Both the position numbers and the translations under genes were made by a program. The notes below the pieces were generated by a model. The model saw only the letters and a program-made list of their open reading frames with translations. It did not search any database and was not told the DNA's origin. A DNA stretch of 64,000 nucleotides from Azolla caroliniana (taxonomy: Eukaryota > Plantae > Polypodiophyta), in assembly GCA_043228905.1 (NCBI GenBank), contig JBHGNT010000020.1:8866001-8930000 (forward strand), in the 5' to 3' direction. Position 1 is the stretch's first letter. Each line of letters starts with the position of its first letter. Of the stretch, positions 39,936-52,169 are shown piece after piece.

Positions 39936-40439
39936 TTAAAATTATTCAGAGTACCATCATTGGAGCTGAAATGTGATAAGCAATCTTGTACAAATCTAGC
40001 GCGAAATCCAAAGATGAGCGACAATATTTGACATGTCTCCTTTAAGAATCATTTCTTACGAGACTTAATCGAGGATAAAAAGATAGAATTAAAGTTCACA
40101 CCATCAACCTCGATGTGGGCCGATTTTAAGACAAAAGCACAACATATTGTATTGCAAGGAAATAGGATCTCTAAATATTTCTAAATTCAAAGAATAAAGC
40201 ATGATGCTTTGATTATTTGATTAGGTGGGAGTGTTAAATTAGAGAATAATAAACAATAATGTATATGGTCTCTCATCTAGGAGACACGTGAAGAGACATA
40301 GTGTCTCATGGGAAAGCCCACGGTTGGCAACTACTTGTTGTATCGTTGTACATTTTGTTTCATTAGAATCGAATCAATACGTTAAGTCTATACAAATCTG
40401 TTACACTATATTCTATTCCTATACTTCTACATTTTAATA
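39936..40439 (+). mobile_element. Degenerate 3' end of an older, unrelated copia element (RNaseH, PPT, short LTR about 40232-40439)
   Basis: Translates as NLARNPKMSDNI*HVSFKNHFLRDLIEDKKIELKFTPSTSMWADF (copia RNaseH C-terminus); purine tract AGGTGGGAG followed by TGTTAAA...TTTAATA. Confidence 0.7.
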
Positions 40440-40487
40440 TGTACATCATCATATGTCTTCATTAATCCTAAAAGAATTTGATGGAGG

Positions 40488-42737
40488 TTATGCATGGGTG
40501 GTTGGGCTGAAGAGGTTGGCGATGGCCGAGGAGCGGAGCACAGAGAGGGCATCGGGTGACACAAGGCAGCGTGGAGTTTTGTACTGTGTGATCGTGGCGC
40601 CACTCAACATGAAGCGGTCTACGAGGCGCGAGAAAGTGCCGCGTTGCACAATGCACAACTCCAAGGCACCGATTGTCCCCATTTTCCTTGACGTGACATA
40701 CCCTGCCTCCACAAATGAGCGGTCCATCAATGCGGCGCAATCCGCCAACACGTCTGCTTGCGATATGACCCGTTGAGCTCCCATAATTGCCAGCTCGTGG
40801 TGGCTCGTGCCGTCGTATGCATGCACCTTCTTAGATGATTTTGCACATTTGTCCGCCTCGGTCGGCACTACTTCGGGCTCTCCTCCTTGAACCTCCCAGA
40901 AGACCACGTAGTGACCCGGCGTGGTCGTTCTGTCCGCGTAGCTCGTATAGTCCACCAGCTCCATGGTGCTCCTGCTCGCCTCCGCCAACTGCTTCGCCGC
41001 CCGGTCCACGACAGCTTTCAGGTCTTTCTCGGTGATCTTGTCGATGTTGAGACTGAGCATCACATTCTTCCGACAAACATACGCCACTTGTGGAGCATTG
41101 TTATAGAACCCGGTGACTCGCATGATGTCACCGAGACGGTACCTGTAGAGTCCCCAAGCCGTGGTCATGACGATTTCGTATTCTTGCCCAACTTTCACGT
41201 CGGTAAGTCCGACTGGCACTCCTTCGTCGTATGCCGCCAGGGCTGCACCCCCGCCATTCGACATGTCGTTGATATGAGTGGATCGCGTCCTGCTCAAGGG
41301 AATGAACTCGAAGAATGCGAGCGTGGGCAAGATTGTGAAGGAGACATCGGTAGGTGTCGAAGTCGGGCCAATATTGACACCGATCCAGCCTTCAGTGGCG
41401 GCGTAGTCAGCGGACACGAGGGGTACGGCCCCGCCCGTGTAAAACTCGAGCTTCTCGACATACACCTCCATGGCACCGGTGAGGATGGACAGCACGTACT
41501 TGCAGCGCGGCCACAGGATGCGTACCGCGCCCTTCCAAGCACCGCCGGAGCCGAGAGCACGTTTCGAGGTCAAGCTGCGGCACTTGCTGGCGATCAAGTC
41601 CGCGAGCACGGGATTCGGTTTACGGAGGAGGATGTGGTCTTCCATAGCCGCCCGGAGGGTCGGGTCGGTGATCTTCTCGTTGAGCTCACCGGTGCGGATA
41701 TCGTGGCAAAGGCTGCGCCACTCGGTCTCGAGTGTCCGGAGGGCTTCCACGAGTGTGAACGCGAAGGGGGCGCTGAGGACTTGGACCTCGTGCGCGTGGA
41801 AGAGGCCACACAGGAGGTGGCAGTACATGGATTGCCGGCAGTCGGGTGCGAGGATCACGTCTTGGGGACTACACGATTGGAAACCGCTCTTTTGCTGCCT
41901 CATCCGGAATGCATCGGCACGGATCATGTGAGTGGTCGCAGTCCCGGCCTTCAAGCCGCCTTTGGTTGTCGAGAATTTCCCGCAGAAGAGGAATTCCAGG
42001 ATCCGGGATCCTCCGTCCACCGGATAAATCCTGCAGATCACATCACAGATCACACCATTAATATCTGATGAATTGAATTAGGCATTTTGAAATAGTTTTG
42101 AAACAGCAGTGAGTGAGTGAGTGAGTAGTTAATCAGGTACCGGTGCAGGTACTAAAGATTGGTTTTTAAACTTAATTTAACAAAAAAAAGTAATGATTGG
42201 AACAGGAGCTCACCCTTCTCGAAATGCTGCAGCAATGCTGGCTACCTCCAGAGTTCCTTCCTTGAGTCCTTCGTGATACAGAAGATACTTGGCTCTGGTA
42301 TCAGTCGTGCCAGAGCTCAGACACAGGCCTTGGACAGGGGCTGCCGTGAGGAGGCCCCCTGGTGGCGATCCTTGGTTCCCATGCTCCGCGATCCTTTCAA
42401 TGAATGGCATGATATCGGGGTGAGTAATGAGAGGAACGGTCTTCTTGAATCCATCAATGTAATCGGTGGCGCCGCCGCCTACTACTTCAGATGCTGAGCC
42501 GATCGATGATGATGATAATGCTTCGATCCCTTGGAATTGTTGCAGATATTCGCAGCACGCATTGTCTCGGATGATGGAGCGGAGCAAATCCGATTGAATC
42601 TCGGCTGCGTTCCTCGTGATATCTTCGAATCGATCGAGGACGGGCTGGAATCGATTGGTCTTATGGAATGGCGAGACGGGATCCGAATGAGAATTGGGAG
42701 AGAAAGAAGAAGAAGAAGAAAGTGGGCGGCCCGGCAT
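40488..42737 (-). CDS. GH3: GH3 family acyl-acid amido synthetase, JAR1-like (group I); exons 42737-42214 and 42030-40488; 688 aa
   Basis: Motifs LSSGTT..R.K, DYAATEGWIG (JAR1 DYGSSEGWI), GLYRYRLGD, LSLNIDKITEKDL, PGHYVVFWE and QYKTPRC. A phase-2 GT-AG intron joins the two ORFs in frame (524+1543=2067 nt), with no stops. Confidence 0.95.
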
Positions 42738-42915
42738 GGTGATGAAGGCGATTTGGGAATTTCGATCGTCGATTGCGATTCAAAAGTGATGAGGAAGGCG
42801 ATCAGGAGATCAAATGAGGTTACAATGAGAGGCCGATTTGGGGCTTGATTGAGTGAGTGAGTGAGTTGAGTGATGAGCATTAGCCACTCTGATTTGATCT
42901 GATCTGCTGCTACTG

Positions 42916-42925
42916 TATTTATAGG
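42916..42925 (-). promoter_or_regulatory. TATA box of the GH3 gene
   Basis: CCTATAAATA on the minus strand, about 180 bp upstream of the ATG. Confidence 0.6.
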
Positions 42926-44873
42926 CGGGCGGAACTCCTTTCCTTTTCCTTTTCCTTTTCCTTTCCCGCGTTGTCACCATCACTTCTTACTTCTTACTTT
43001 CTTTTCTGCGTTGTGCTGCAGTGTTTGGGGGGAACTAACCGTCAACGCCCTTCTTTCCTCCTCAAAAGCGTTTGTGTTGGCCAGTTCCACCTTCCTTTCT
43101 TTCTTCATCAAAAACCCACTCTCTCTCTCTCTCTCTCTCTTTGTCGCCTCTACATTCTTTTTCCCCCTTTATATACATATCAATATGTATTTGTATCATG
43201 TATGTATAGTGAGTGCTAAAGCTACATATATCAATATGTCTTATACATTATGATATATGTACATACATATGTATTATTAGCTTTGTACTTGCCACCCTCT
43301 CGCCAACAAGCAAGGTGTGCGCGCGAACTCAATCCTTAGCTACACTTGTCCCTCTAACTTTATCTTCAAATAATTAGGCCTGCGTAATGTCAAAGAATTG
43401 ATAATAGAATTTAGAGGCAATCAACCTTTGACTAGACTTCACTTAAACCTATTGTGGATTCCATGCTCCTTCTATGCCACCTAGATGAGCATAGACTCAC
43501 ACTATGAAGTAATGTAAAACGTTTCTACTAAGAAATCATAATGTATGGATTTGAATGCAGTCTCCATTGAAGGCATAGCTAGTTGTCGAAAAACTAAAAA
43601 TGGCTTAAAAGCGACTCGCATGTACATAGTCTCACATTGTGCATGGACCTTAATCTTGCTCCTACATCTTTGGTTACTGTTAAGAATCTCTCACTAATCA
43701 ATAAACCAAATAAAAGTAAAAGAAAGGTGAATATATATATTGGATAGAAGAACCCAATCCTACCAATCATCGTTGGGCTATGACCAAGACATAACCAACC
43801 TACCGTCGACGTTCCATATCGACTAATATTAGGATGACGAGTACCTTGGAAGAGGTAACACAATCGTCATGAAGAACGCCTAGCTCATACCACTAGTGTC
43901 TCAAGATTTCAGCCTTCCAATGTAATGTGTTTTATGAGGATAGTTAGATCTCACATCTATTCTTCTTCTTAGGCCCCTTGAATAGACGTGCTTTTCTAAA
44001 AGACTCTCATTCATGGTTTGTCAAGATCATGATAATCCATACACCTATCATTCTCTTTATCTAATCATATTAGTCCCTTTCTAACATTTGTGAATATAGC
44101 CTTCACTTATGTTCTGTAAATATTAGTACCTACTCTTAACTACATAATAGTTAGCAACTAATCATCATTTAAAATTTGTGATTTTGATGGAAATATCTTA
44201 ATTTCATATTTTTCGTATAATCCATCATTTTCAATCCATTGGAGTCTTGCATTTGTTTTACTAATATATATACTCGCATGCTACCTCAAGCAAGTGAAGT
44301 ATGATTAATTTTAGGAGTACTACTAGTCGTGATTTTCTCTAAATATTGAATGAGTGTAACAAGAAATCATTTTAAAATAAGTGCTACAAACCGAAAATAA
44401 TATAGACATCCAAGGAAAAGAAAAGAAAGAAATGATATATCAGCACCACTAATCAAGAAATTCGAAAGTTTGGGCATTATCACAAGATCGTTGAAACTTC
44501 CAATAGTCAAGTTTTCTAATTTCCTAGGACACAATAAAGTTGGGACAAATTTTGGTATTTTTTACCAAATTTCTGGCATTTCGACAAGTTAGTTTGACAC
44601 ATGTTTGCTTTGTAGATTTCCAACCCTTGATTAAAAGTGTTGGAAATTCATACACTTTTTACAATTTCAAAACTTCCCATAGGAAACGAAGCTTAGGAAA
44701 ATTCTGTCATCAATGAAGTGTTGAAACTTTTTACGAGGCACAAGCACCATATCGCATTGGAGATTATCACCCACCAAAATGACCAAATAAACCTTCATGT
44801 GCAAAAGTGTAAGGTGGAAAGTATTGCCTCTACAGTCAATATGGATAGGAGGTATTCATCATTGATTTGTTAC

Positions 44874-45570
44874 ACGTGTGCATTTTATGTGTTTAAGGTC
44901 AAGTTAGTCTCGGATTATTGTATTGTTCATACCTCTCCCCCATATGTACATGTCCCCATTTAACTGGTATTCCTTTGTATATGAAGAATGTGTAAAATTT
45001 TGCCTAGAACCTAGGCTAACATATGATGACCTCATACCTAACATATGGGAACTAGTGAAGAATGGTATTAATCCCTTCATGAAGCTACGAAAGCTAATGA
45101 TAATCTTAATTAAGATGTAATTAATAAAACACATGATCCTAGCCTCTTTCATAGAAAATGTGGCCAATCTAGCATAAGACTCCAATCTAACATTGGTAAT
45201 GAACACATAAACATGAGCCTTTCTTGAATGATCAATGATGTGATAATCTAACAACCTAATCAAACGTTTTCATTCGATCAAAGATTCTCACCAAGGTGAT
45301 GATAAAATGAGGTAGTTTGCATATTTATATCTTGAGTCAAAGACCCCTTGATCACCACTTACATGCTTACGTGTGGCAAACCAGGGTAGTTATCCTTCTT
45401 GATTTATATATTTATTTATGATAGACTATTCCCATTTGGACCTAAAGCTATGTCCGTAACAAATAATTATTGAATTCATGCCATGAACTTTGAACCCAAG
45501 CTTGAACTTGCCCACAACTAAAAATTGTTTGGTTACCATGTCTTAGATATTAAACAATGAATGTCATGGT
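44874..45570. repeat. Low-copy spacer duplicated at 53202-53922 (empty-site copy for the gypsy-2 insertion)
   Basis: Direct near-identity; ORFs 44904-45263 and 53232-53591 are the same. Confidence 0.9.
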
Positions 45571-45677
45571 TGTTCAACCACCGGATTGGACCAAAGACTT
45601 TCATGTCTTTATCGATGCGTCGGATATAACAATTGGGAGTGCATTAATGCAATTATTAGAAACCAATTTGTATTGAT
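45570..45677 (+). pseudogene. Short gypsy RNaseH fragment (target of the second copia insertion)
   Basis: VQPPDWTKDFHVFIDASDITIGSALMQL versus VQPPDWSKSFHVFVDASDVAIGSVLMQL in pol near 16300; copies at about 55445-55552 and 59533-59639. Confidence 0.75.
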
Positions 45678-45923
45678 TGACGGGAACTGGTCGTTCCTTA
45701 TGCCCAACGCTCGGTCACAACCGAGCTTAGAATGATACACAGAAAACGGGAAATAAAATGCGACACAAAGAAGAGACGAGGTACACAGGAGGTTTACGTG
45801 GAAAACCCCAAACTAGGGGAAAAAAAACCACGGCAGCCCACAGGCTACAAACTATCACTATGATGGAATGTACAACCATGAGTTCACTGAGGCACCGACC
45901 TCGTGCTCACAAATCTTCGCCAC
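45678..45923 (-). repeat. Truncated copia LTR fused to a gypsy-2 LTR
   Basis: TGACGGGAACTGG start with the same flank as 55553 and 59640; breaks at CTTCGCCAC. Confidence 0.85.
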
Positions 45924-46418
45924 CAGATTGCGGTCAGATGCCGTCGGATCACCGGCTCCATCGCCGGTCCAGTTTTGGTTGGCCAATACCCTTTTCGAGT
46001 AGCTAGCCACCTCCAATCTAAGTTCAAGTTACCTTGAACTCTCTATGCTCCACACATAGACACAAAGATAATATCTTTTGCTCCACCTTATATATGATGA
46101 GAGCCGTATTTGTCGTGCCTATGTGGGATATCTCACAATTTTCTCTTTTCTTTTCACAAACTTTATACCCTCATATCTTGACATTTAGTTGTCTATTTCT
46201 CGTGTAATAAAGTGCATTCGAAACCTCCATCATTTTGTACTTAGATATTAAAAATGTTATCTTCACAATTACTGTATTACGTGATTCATACTCGATTTTG
46301 TACGTTTTATGGGATTTTCACACTATTGCCGAAAATCTTCACGACATCCACCCCCACCAAACCGCACGTCCTCCGGTACGTGCCAAGAAGAGAAGAAGTG
46401 AGATTTCGGCTACGATGA

Positions 46419-49400
46419 TCAATTAGATTCCTTCATGTCTTCATTTTCATCCGGCCTATTATGTTCATCGTCGAGGTAATCGAGATCAGGATCCTTGTCT
46501 TGTCTTTTCTTGAAAAGCTTTACTCTTTTCCCCGCAATGGGTACGGCCAACCTTGATCCGTCTAGTTCCGCAAGGTGGTATGTGGCATTATCGTTGGCAC
46601 TTGTCACCACATATGGCCCAAACCATCTTCTTGCGAACTTCCTTGTTGTACTATGTTGATTGTCAAGGGTGCTATCGTAAACTAAAACCCAATCCCCTTC
46701 TTCAATCTTCTTGGGACGAAGTCGATGCGTGTTGTCGAACCGAACTTTGTTCTTTACTCGGGCTGCCTTCATCATCTTTCGCGCTTTTTCTAAATCTTCA
46801 GGTCTTCTTTCAAGTTGCCTTATCCGCGCTGCTAATAACTCTTCTCAGCTCATCTCGTTCCCCCACGGTATCGCTACCCATGAGGCGATCGTCCTTTCGA
46901 TGGGCATAATCGGCTTTTGTCCATACATAAGCTCCGTCGGCATATACCCTATCACCGAGCTATGTGTCGTTCTATCGGCCCACAAGGCATAGGGTAATAG
47001 TCGTGGCCAATTCCCAACTCGACCGTTGCATGCCCGTACGATGGCTTTAACGATAGGTCCATGCCCTCGCTCGATCTTCCCATTTGCTTCCGGATTGTAG
47101 GCAGTCGTGAGGGAGAGCTTCACGCCTAGTCTTTCGAAGAGCTCCGTCGCTTCGTGCGCGTCCAACTCCCCTCGGTCGGCCACTATCTTCCCTACACATC
47201 CATATCGGCAAACAACATCTTCAAGTAGAAATTTGCAAACGGCTGAAGTCGTCTTATTTGTCAAGGCTCGTCCTTCCACTTGATTTGTCAAGTCTTCCCT
47301 TGCCAACGCTAAGTACTTCATTTGTCCCACTCCCATTGGCATCGAGACCAGATCCACCATCCATTTGAAGTGTATGGTGAGTGGGTATGTCGGCTTTAAC
47401 TCATCACGATGACGTATATTTGAATATACTTGGCAAGTTTCGCATGTGGACACGAAATGGAGTACATCTTTGTACATGCTTGGCCACCAGTACTTCTCCT
47501 TCAACTTTTCGAACGTCGCCCATGTTCCTCTATGACCTGCCCAAGCACTCTCGTGGAATTCGGTCATTAGCGTCTCTTGCTCTTCTTTCTTTACCACCAC
47601 TCGACGTGGTATTCCTGTCCTTCTTTTTGGATGTCGCCAAAGGAATCCTCCCTTCAAGAAGTATCGGTAAGCTTTCTTTCGGATTCGTAGGGCCTCCTCC
47701 TTTGTCAACGAAGCATCGGTCGTCAATGTTCTTAGGAATCTACCGATGAGTAACCACTCTCCTTCGTATTCGTTCTCGTTGAAGGCGTGGAGGGTTTGCG
47801 TGTCCTGGTCTTCCGCCGACAATCGAGCCATCTTGAAGAAGTCGAGGGCAACATCTTCATCTTCCGAAACCATGTTACTTCCATTTGAAAATCTTGCCCT
47901 CGACAGCATGTCAGCCATGGCGTTCTTCTTCCCTGCGATGTGACGAATCTCTGGGTTTAAAGACTTGATGTAGGCGATCCACCTTAGCATAGCAAGATCT
48001 GGGGTCGCACATCCCGAGACCATTCCGAGAATTGGGAGACAATTTGTCTCTATTATCACTTCTGACCCGATCAGGTAATCTTTGTCCGTCTTCACTACCG
48101 ACACAATACCCCAAAGTTCCCGCTTGACTTGGGCATATCTTTGTTGCCGTTCGCTGAGAACCTTTGCTCCGAACCGGACGGCATATCGCGCATTATCTTC
48201 ACCTTCTTGATTGATGACCCACCCGATTCCGGTTGGGCTCGTATCTACGGTCACGTAAATTGGTTTCCCTTCGGCATAGTCGGCCTTCCTTAGTGCCGGA
48301 GCTTCAAGAAGCAGTTTCTTTAATCTTTGCATCGCCTCTGTGTGCTCGTCTCGCCATTCGAACTTTATTCTTTTCTTTAGTAGTCCATATAACGGTCCGG
48401 CGACATGAGCGTAGTGAGGAATCCATATATGGTAAAACGCGAATGCTCCAAGGAACCTTCGAACCTCCGTTTGGTTTTCGCATTCTTCTTTCATGTCTTG
48501 GATTGCGTTCACTTTGGATGGCGAGGGCTTCCGGCCGTATGCTCCACACAAGTGACCTACCACCAAGATCTCCGGTTGCCCGAATGCGGATTTTTCTCCC
48601 GAAAATGTCAAATTCGCATCTTCGAGCCTTTGAAGCACCTTCTCGCAATCTTTCATATGATCCGCAACGAACTTTCTACAACCTTCCTTATCTTTCGATT
48701 CATCTTTCTCCTCATCCGAACATCCTTTTATTGGAATATCATCCAAGAATGGCATCGTGATGTCCGGAATGCAATCCTTCAAGACTTTATTCATGGCATT
48801 CACCATATGAGCCACCGAGTTCGTTGCGCCTTGGGGTAAGGTACACATCCGCACAAGCCCGATCAGAGTCCTCATGGTTGTAATGTCCCGACTGTCGATC
48901 GCCAATTGGAATTGGTCATATCCGGAGTAGAGATCGCCAATGGAGTAGATGGACCGGCCCACAAACGCTTCGGCAAATTCGTCCACGCTCGGACCGATTC
49001 CGGCATTTCGAATTGTCACCTTGTTGACGGGTTGAAGATCTTGGATGAATCGCAATGATCCATTCTTCTTCGGCACCGTGAACCACCTATTGGAATAAGG
49101 AGCATTCGACGGTTCTAGAATTCCCATACTCACCTTCTCCTTTAAGAGCTCGATCAGCTTCGGAAGGTGTGCTCTCGGAACCGGTATCGGTTTCAAGTTC
49201 CAAGGCACATGAGGCACCGTGAAGATCACCATTGGCTCTATAACCTTTGGGTCGACGCATCCGATTTCTCGTGGGAAGAATGCGAAAGCCTTCCCATGTC
49301 TCTCAAGCATATCGCGAAACATTCGCTCCTCTTCAGGGAGAAGGAAATCCTCCTTTCCAACTCGTAGCTTCCCCTTCGTCTCTTTGGTGAAGTCATGACC

Positions 49401-49913
49401 TATCTTCTTCGGATCTCTTAAGCTTGGATCGTTAGCGACTTCCTTCATCTTTTGCCAACTATCTTCCGGTAGCGGAACCGCAACTGGCTTGATCTTCTTA
49501 TCCACTGTTTTATATTTCGTGTTGATGTCAGCTTCATTCATCGAGATGCCACGACGGTATTCATCGATGATAGCGTACATGTTGACGGAGTTAACCGAAA
49601 TCACACGTTGGTTGTGAAGATAGCTCAAGTCCACGACGTCCTCGATTTCGCCGATGGTGTCGTTAAATGAGGCTTCTTCCATAATATGAGTCACGAACTC
49701 TCCTTCTTCTATTATGTTCTCTTCTTTCAGCATCTTCTCGAATTCTTGTATCCGGCTCTTGTGCTTCTTGTCGGGTAGTACTAGTTTACATGCGCCACTA
49801 GGTGTGACACATGTTGCTTCTCCTTGCAATCCACGTGCTCTTCTTTCTTGTGGGGTCTTGTGATTGCTCGGACTATTTGTGCCCCATGCTTCAATAGTCC
49901 GCTCTAAAAATCC
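46419..49913 (-). pseudogene. gypsy-2 pol (RT, RNaseH, integrase); one premature stop at 46845
   Basis: LPQGATNS, FLDD, VDTSPTGIG, GHRG..C..C, YNPEANGKIER and WFGPY; the frame is open up to the slippery site at 49913. Confidence 0.92.
49851..49913 (-). promoter_or_regulatory. Candidate -1 programmed ribosomal frameshift signal
   Basis: G GAT TTT TAG, 5-nt spacer, stem CGGACTATT/AATAGTCCG; loop TGGGG is complementary to downstream CCCCA. Confidence 0.7.
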
Positions 49914-52108
49914 GAGGATTCGCCTCCGAGACTATCTCGATTCCTTTCATGATTGGCTCGCACTGTTAGGAATTGGACCGATCTTTGGTTGTCAAGACTC
50001 TTTATTCGTGCGAAGGCTGCTCCATTATCGAACACTTTGGTCTCCATCCGAGATGATGTGATATAAGGTTGCCCTAGGATGACAAGATGCGATGTCGATT
50101 CTTGTACGAAGAAGTGTTGATCCATCTCCACATCCCCGATCGTGACTTTGACATTGGGACAAGCTCCGTACAAGTCCTCCGTAGACTTTGTTGCCGCGCG
50201 AATCTTCCATCTGTGGTTTGTATTAATTGGCCATCTTCCCTTTTTGTAGAAGTCGGTTGACATGAGGTTGATCTCCGAGCCGTGGTCGATCAAGGCTACG
50301 ACGGACTCTTTCTTCTCCCCGATCTTCACCGGCGTCTCTGTTGTCGCTCGTGCCCAATGAGGTCGAGTGTAGTGGCTGTCCACCATATCTTCATCGATTT
50401 CGTCTCTTGCCATCGTTATGGCATTCGTTTTTGCTTTCTGCGGCTTCTCTTCTTCCTCGTCCGATTGTTGTCTCTTTCTCTTTACAAGGTCCACGATCGT
50501 GTCATGGAACTCCTTCTTCGTAATGCCAAGCAATTCCCTCAAGGACAAAGTTACATGGCTATCAAGAACTCGTTCTTCGAGAATCTTCTTTAGGTCCGTC
50601 GTCTGCTCTATGTCCGACCTTAGCTTATAGGTAGGTATGGTCCTTGTCCTCCGAGCGGGGTCTTCGACACCAACCTTCACGGGCCGAACCGTTTCTTCAA
50701 CTCGTATGCTTGGCTCCCCTTTTCGGCTTGATTCTCGTTCCTCCGTTTGTAAAGGTCGACTCGTCTCCACATCGTCCTTCTTTTTCGCGTTCCTTGTTTC
50801 ATGTCTTTTTGATGGCCCTTGCTCTTCTATTCTCTTTCTCTTTTCTTCAACGAACACCTCGTGGTTGTCGCACATCACCTCTGCGAGTATGGTGTTGTCG
50901 TCCATCGGATCCGACCACCCGGTTATGCATTGCACGTTTCGGTCCGCAAGCTCTACCTCGTTCGATGTGACTTTTCCCTTCTTCTCATATTCGAGAATGG
51001 AAGTCCAAAACTTTGCTCCCGCTCTAGCAGCTTCAGTCTTGTCTTTCCCGACTCTTATTCCGGCCGACGCAGCATAGTGCATCGCATCCACATGAGTCGC
51101 ATCGGCATCCTCCATAGATTTCTTCATTCCTCCTCTTCCGAAATTCACCCGTAGGGGTCTTCTAGTCTCGCTTGAGCAGATCATGTTGTCCTCTATGTAT
51201 ACGATATTTTGTCGAATCGCCTCTCGAAGGCTCGCACAATCCCTTCTCATGTGGTCCATGCTATCGCACCACACGCATCTAAAGGGTTCTTTTCCTTTAG
51301 GGCCCCGACGATTCATGTTGGCTAGCGTGACCTTCTCGAACTTCTTCGCTAGCTCTTCAATGATGTCATCATCAATCTTCTTTTCTTCCACGTTACTTTG
51401 TCTCGGCGGCTCAGCTACTTTCGGCGGTCTTGCTTTCTCCGTGGTAGTCGGTCCCGTCAAGTCGGTGTCATCAACCCATTAGCGACGCTTGTCGAGCCTA
51501 TTGCATGCCCGCTTCACCGCGATCCAGTCCGCTACGAGCCCATTTGCTTGGGTATCATCTTCGAGAAGAGTCCCCAACTCCCGTCTATCCTTTATGTCCA
51601 CGGCCTTCAAGAAGTACAAAGTCTTGTCCTCTTCAAGCAATACTTGGTCCGTATTGGGGAGACGACTAAACATCTGGTCGAATTTGTCGTACACCCTCGA
51701 GACGCTCATCTTCTTATTCTTCTTCTCTATCCACTTCATCAGGGCATGTCAAGTCATCCTCGTTGAGTCTTCAGTCACGAACTCCGCTAGTATCGTCTTC
51801 TCGAATTCGGACCATGTTGTCTTTCCTTCTTGAAGCTCGATGACGCGTCTTTGGATGTTGTTGGCGACAACTCTCTTGAAGCTTGCGATTTGACGTGCCT
51901 CGGACACGTCCCTTTGATTCATCTCCCTCTTATATGCATCAAGGAACTTCGTAACGTTCCTTCCATCGAATTGGCCCTCGAGCTCTACGACACGATCGAC
52001 AGCCTTCTCCACGCTCGCGTCGTTGTCCCGAGATCTCATCATTTGCTCGACGATTAGCATCATCCTTTCGAGCTCTCCTGCTTGGTTGCTTGAGGACACC
52101 ATCTCCAA
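49904..52108 (-). pseudogene. gypsy-2 gag-protease ORF (two point stops, single frame)
   Basis: FDGRNVTKFL gag start, CVWCDSMDHMRRDC knuckle, protease LIDHGSEIN...VILGQP; the three ORF pieces share one frame. Confidence 0.88.
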
Positions 52109-52143
52109 GTATTAATCTCGACTTGATCCTTCCTACCGCCTCT

Positions 52144-52161
52144 TTCACGTCGGGTTCACCA
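52144..52161 (-). promoter_or_regulatory. Primer binding site complementary to tRNA-Trp
   Basis: Plus strand TTCACGTCGGGTTCACCA matches, from recall, the 3' 18 nt of plant cytosolic tRNA-Trp(CCA); 8 nt from the LTR. Confidence 0.8.
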
Positions 52162-52169
52162 CTTTATTA

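Noticed and set aside
40887-42068. 393-aa plus-strand ORF
   Set aside because: Antisense shadow of the GC-rich GH3 exon.
43250-44870. Short ORFs and weak repeats upstream of GH3
   Set aside because: No recognisable motifs or element ends; treated as ordinary intergenic DNA.
52144-52161. tRNA-Trp gene
   Set aside because: Only the 3' 18 nt including CCA; its position next to the LTR identifies it as a PBS.
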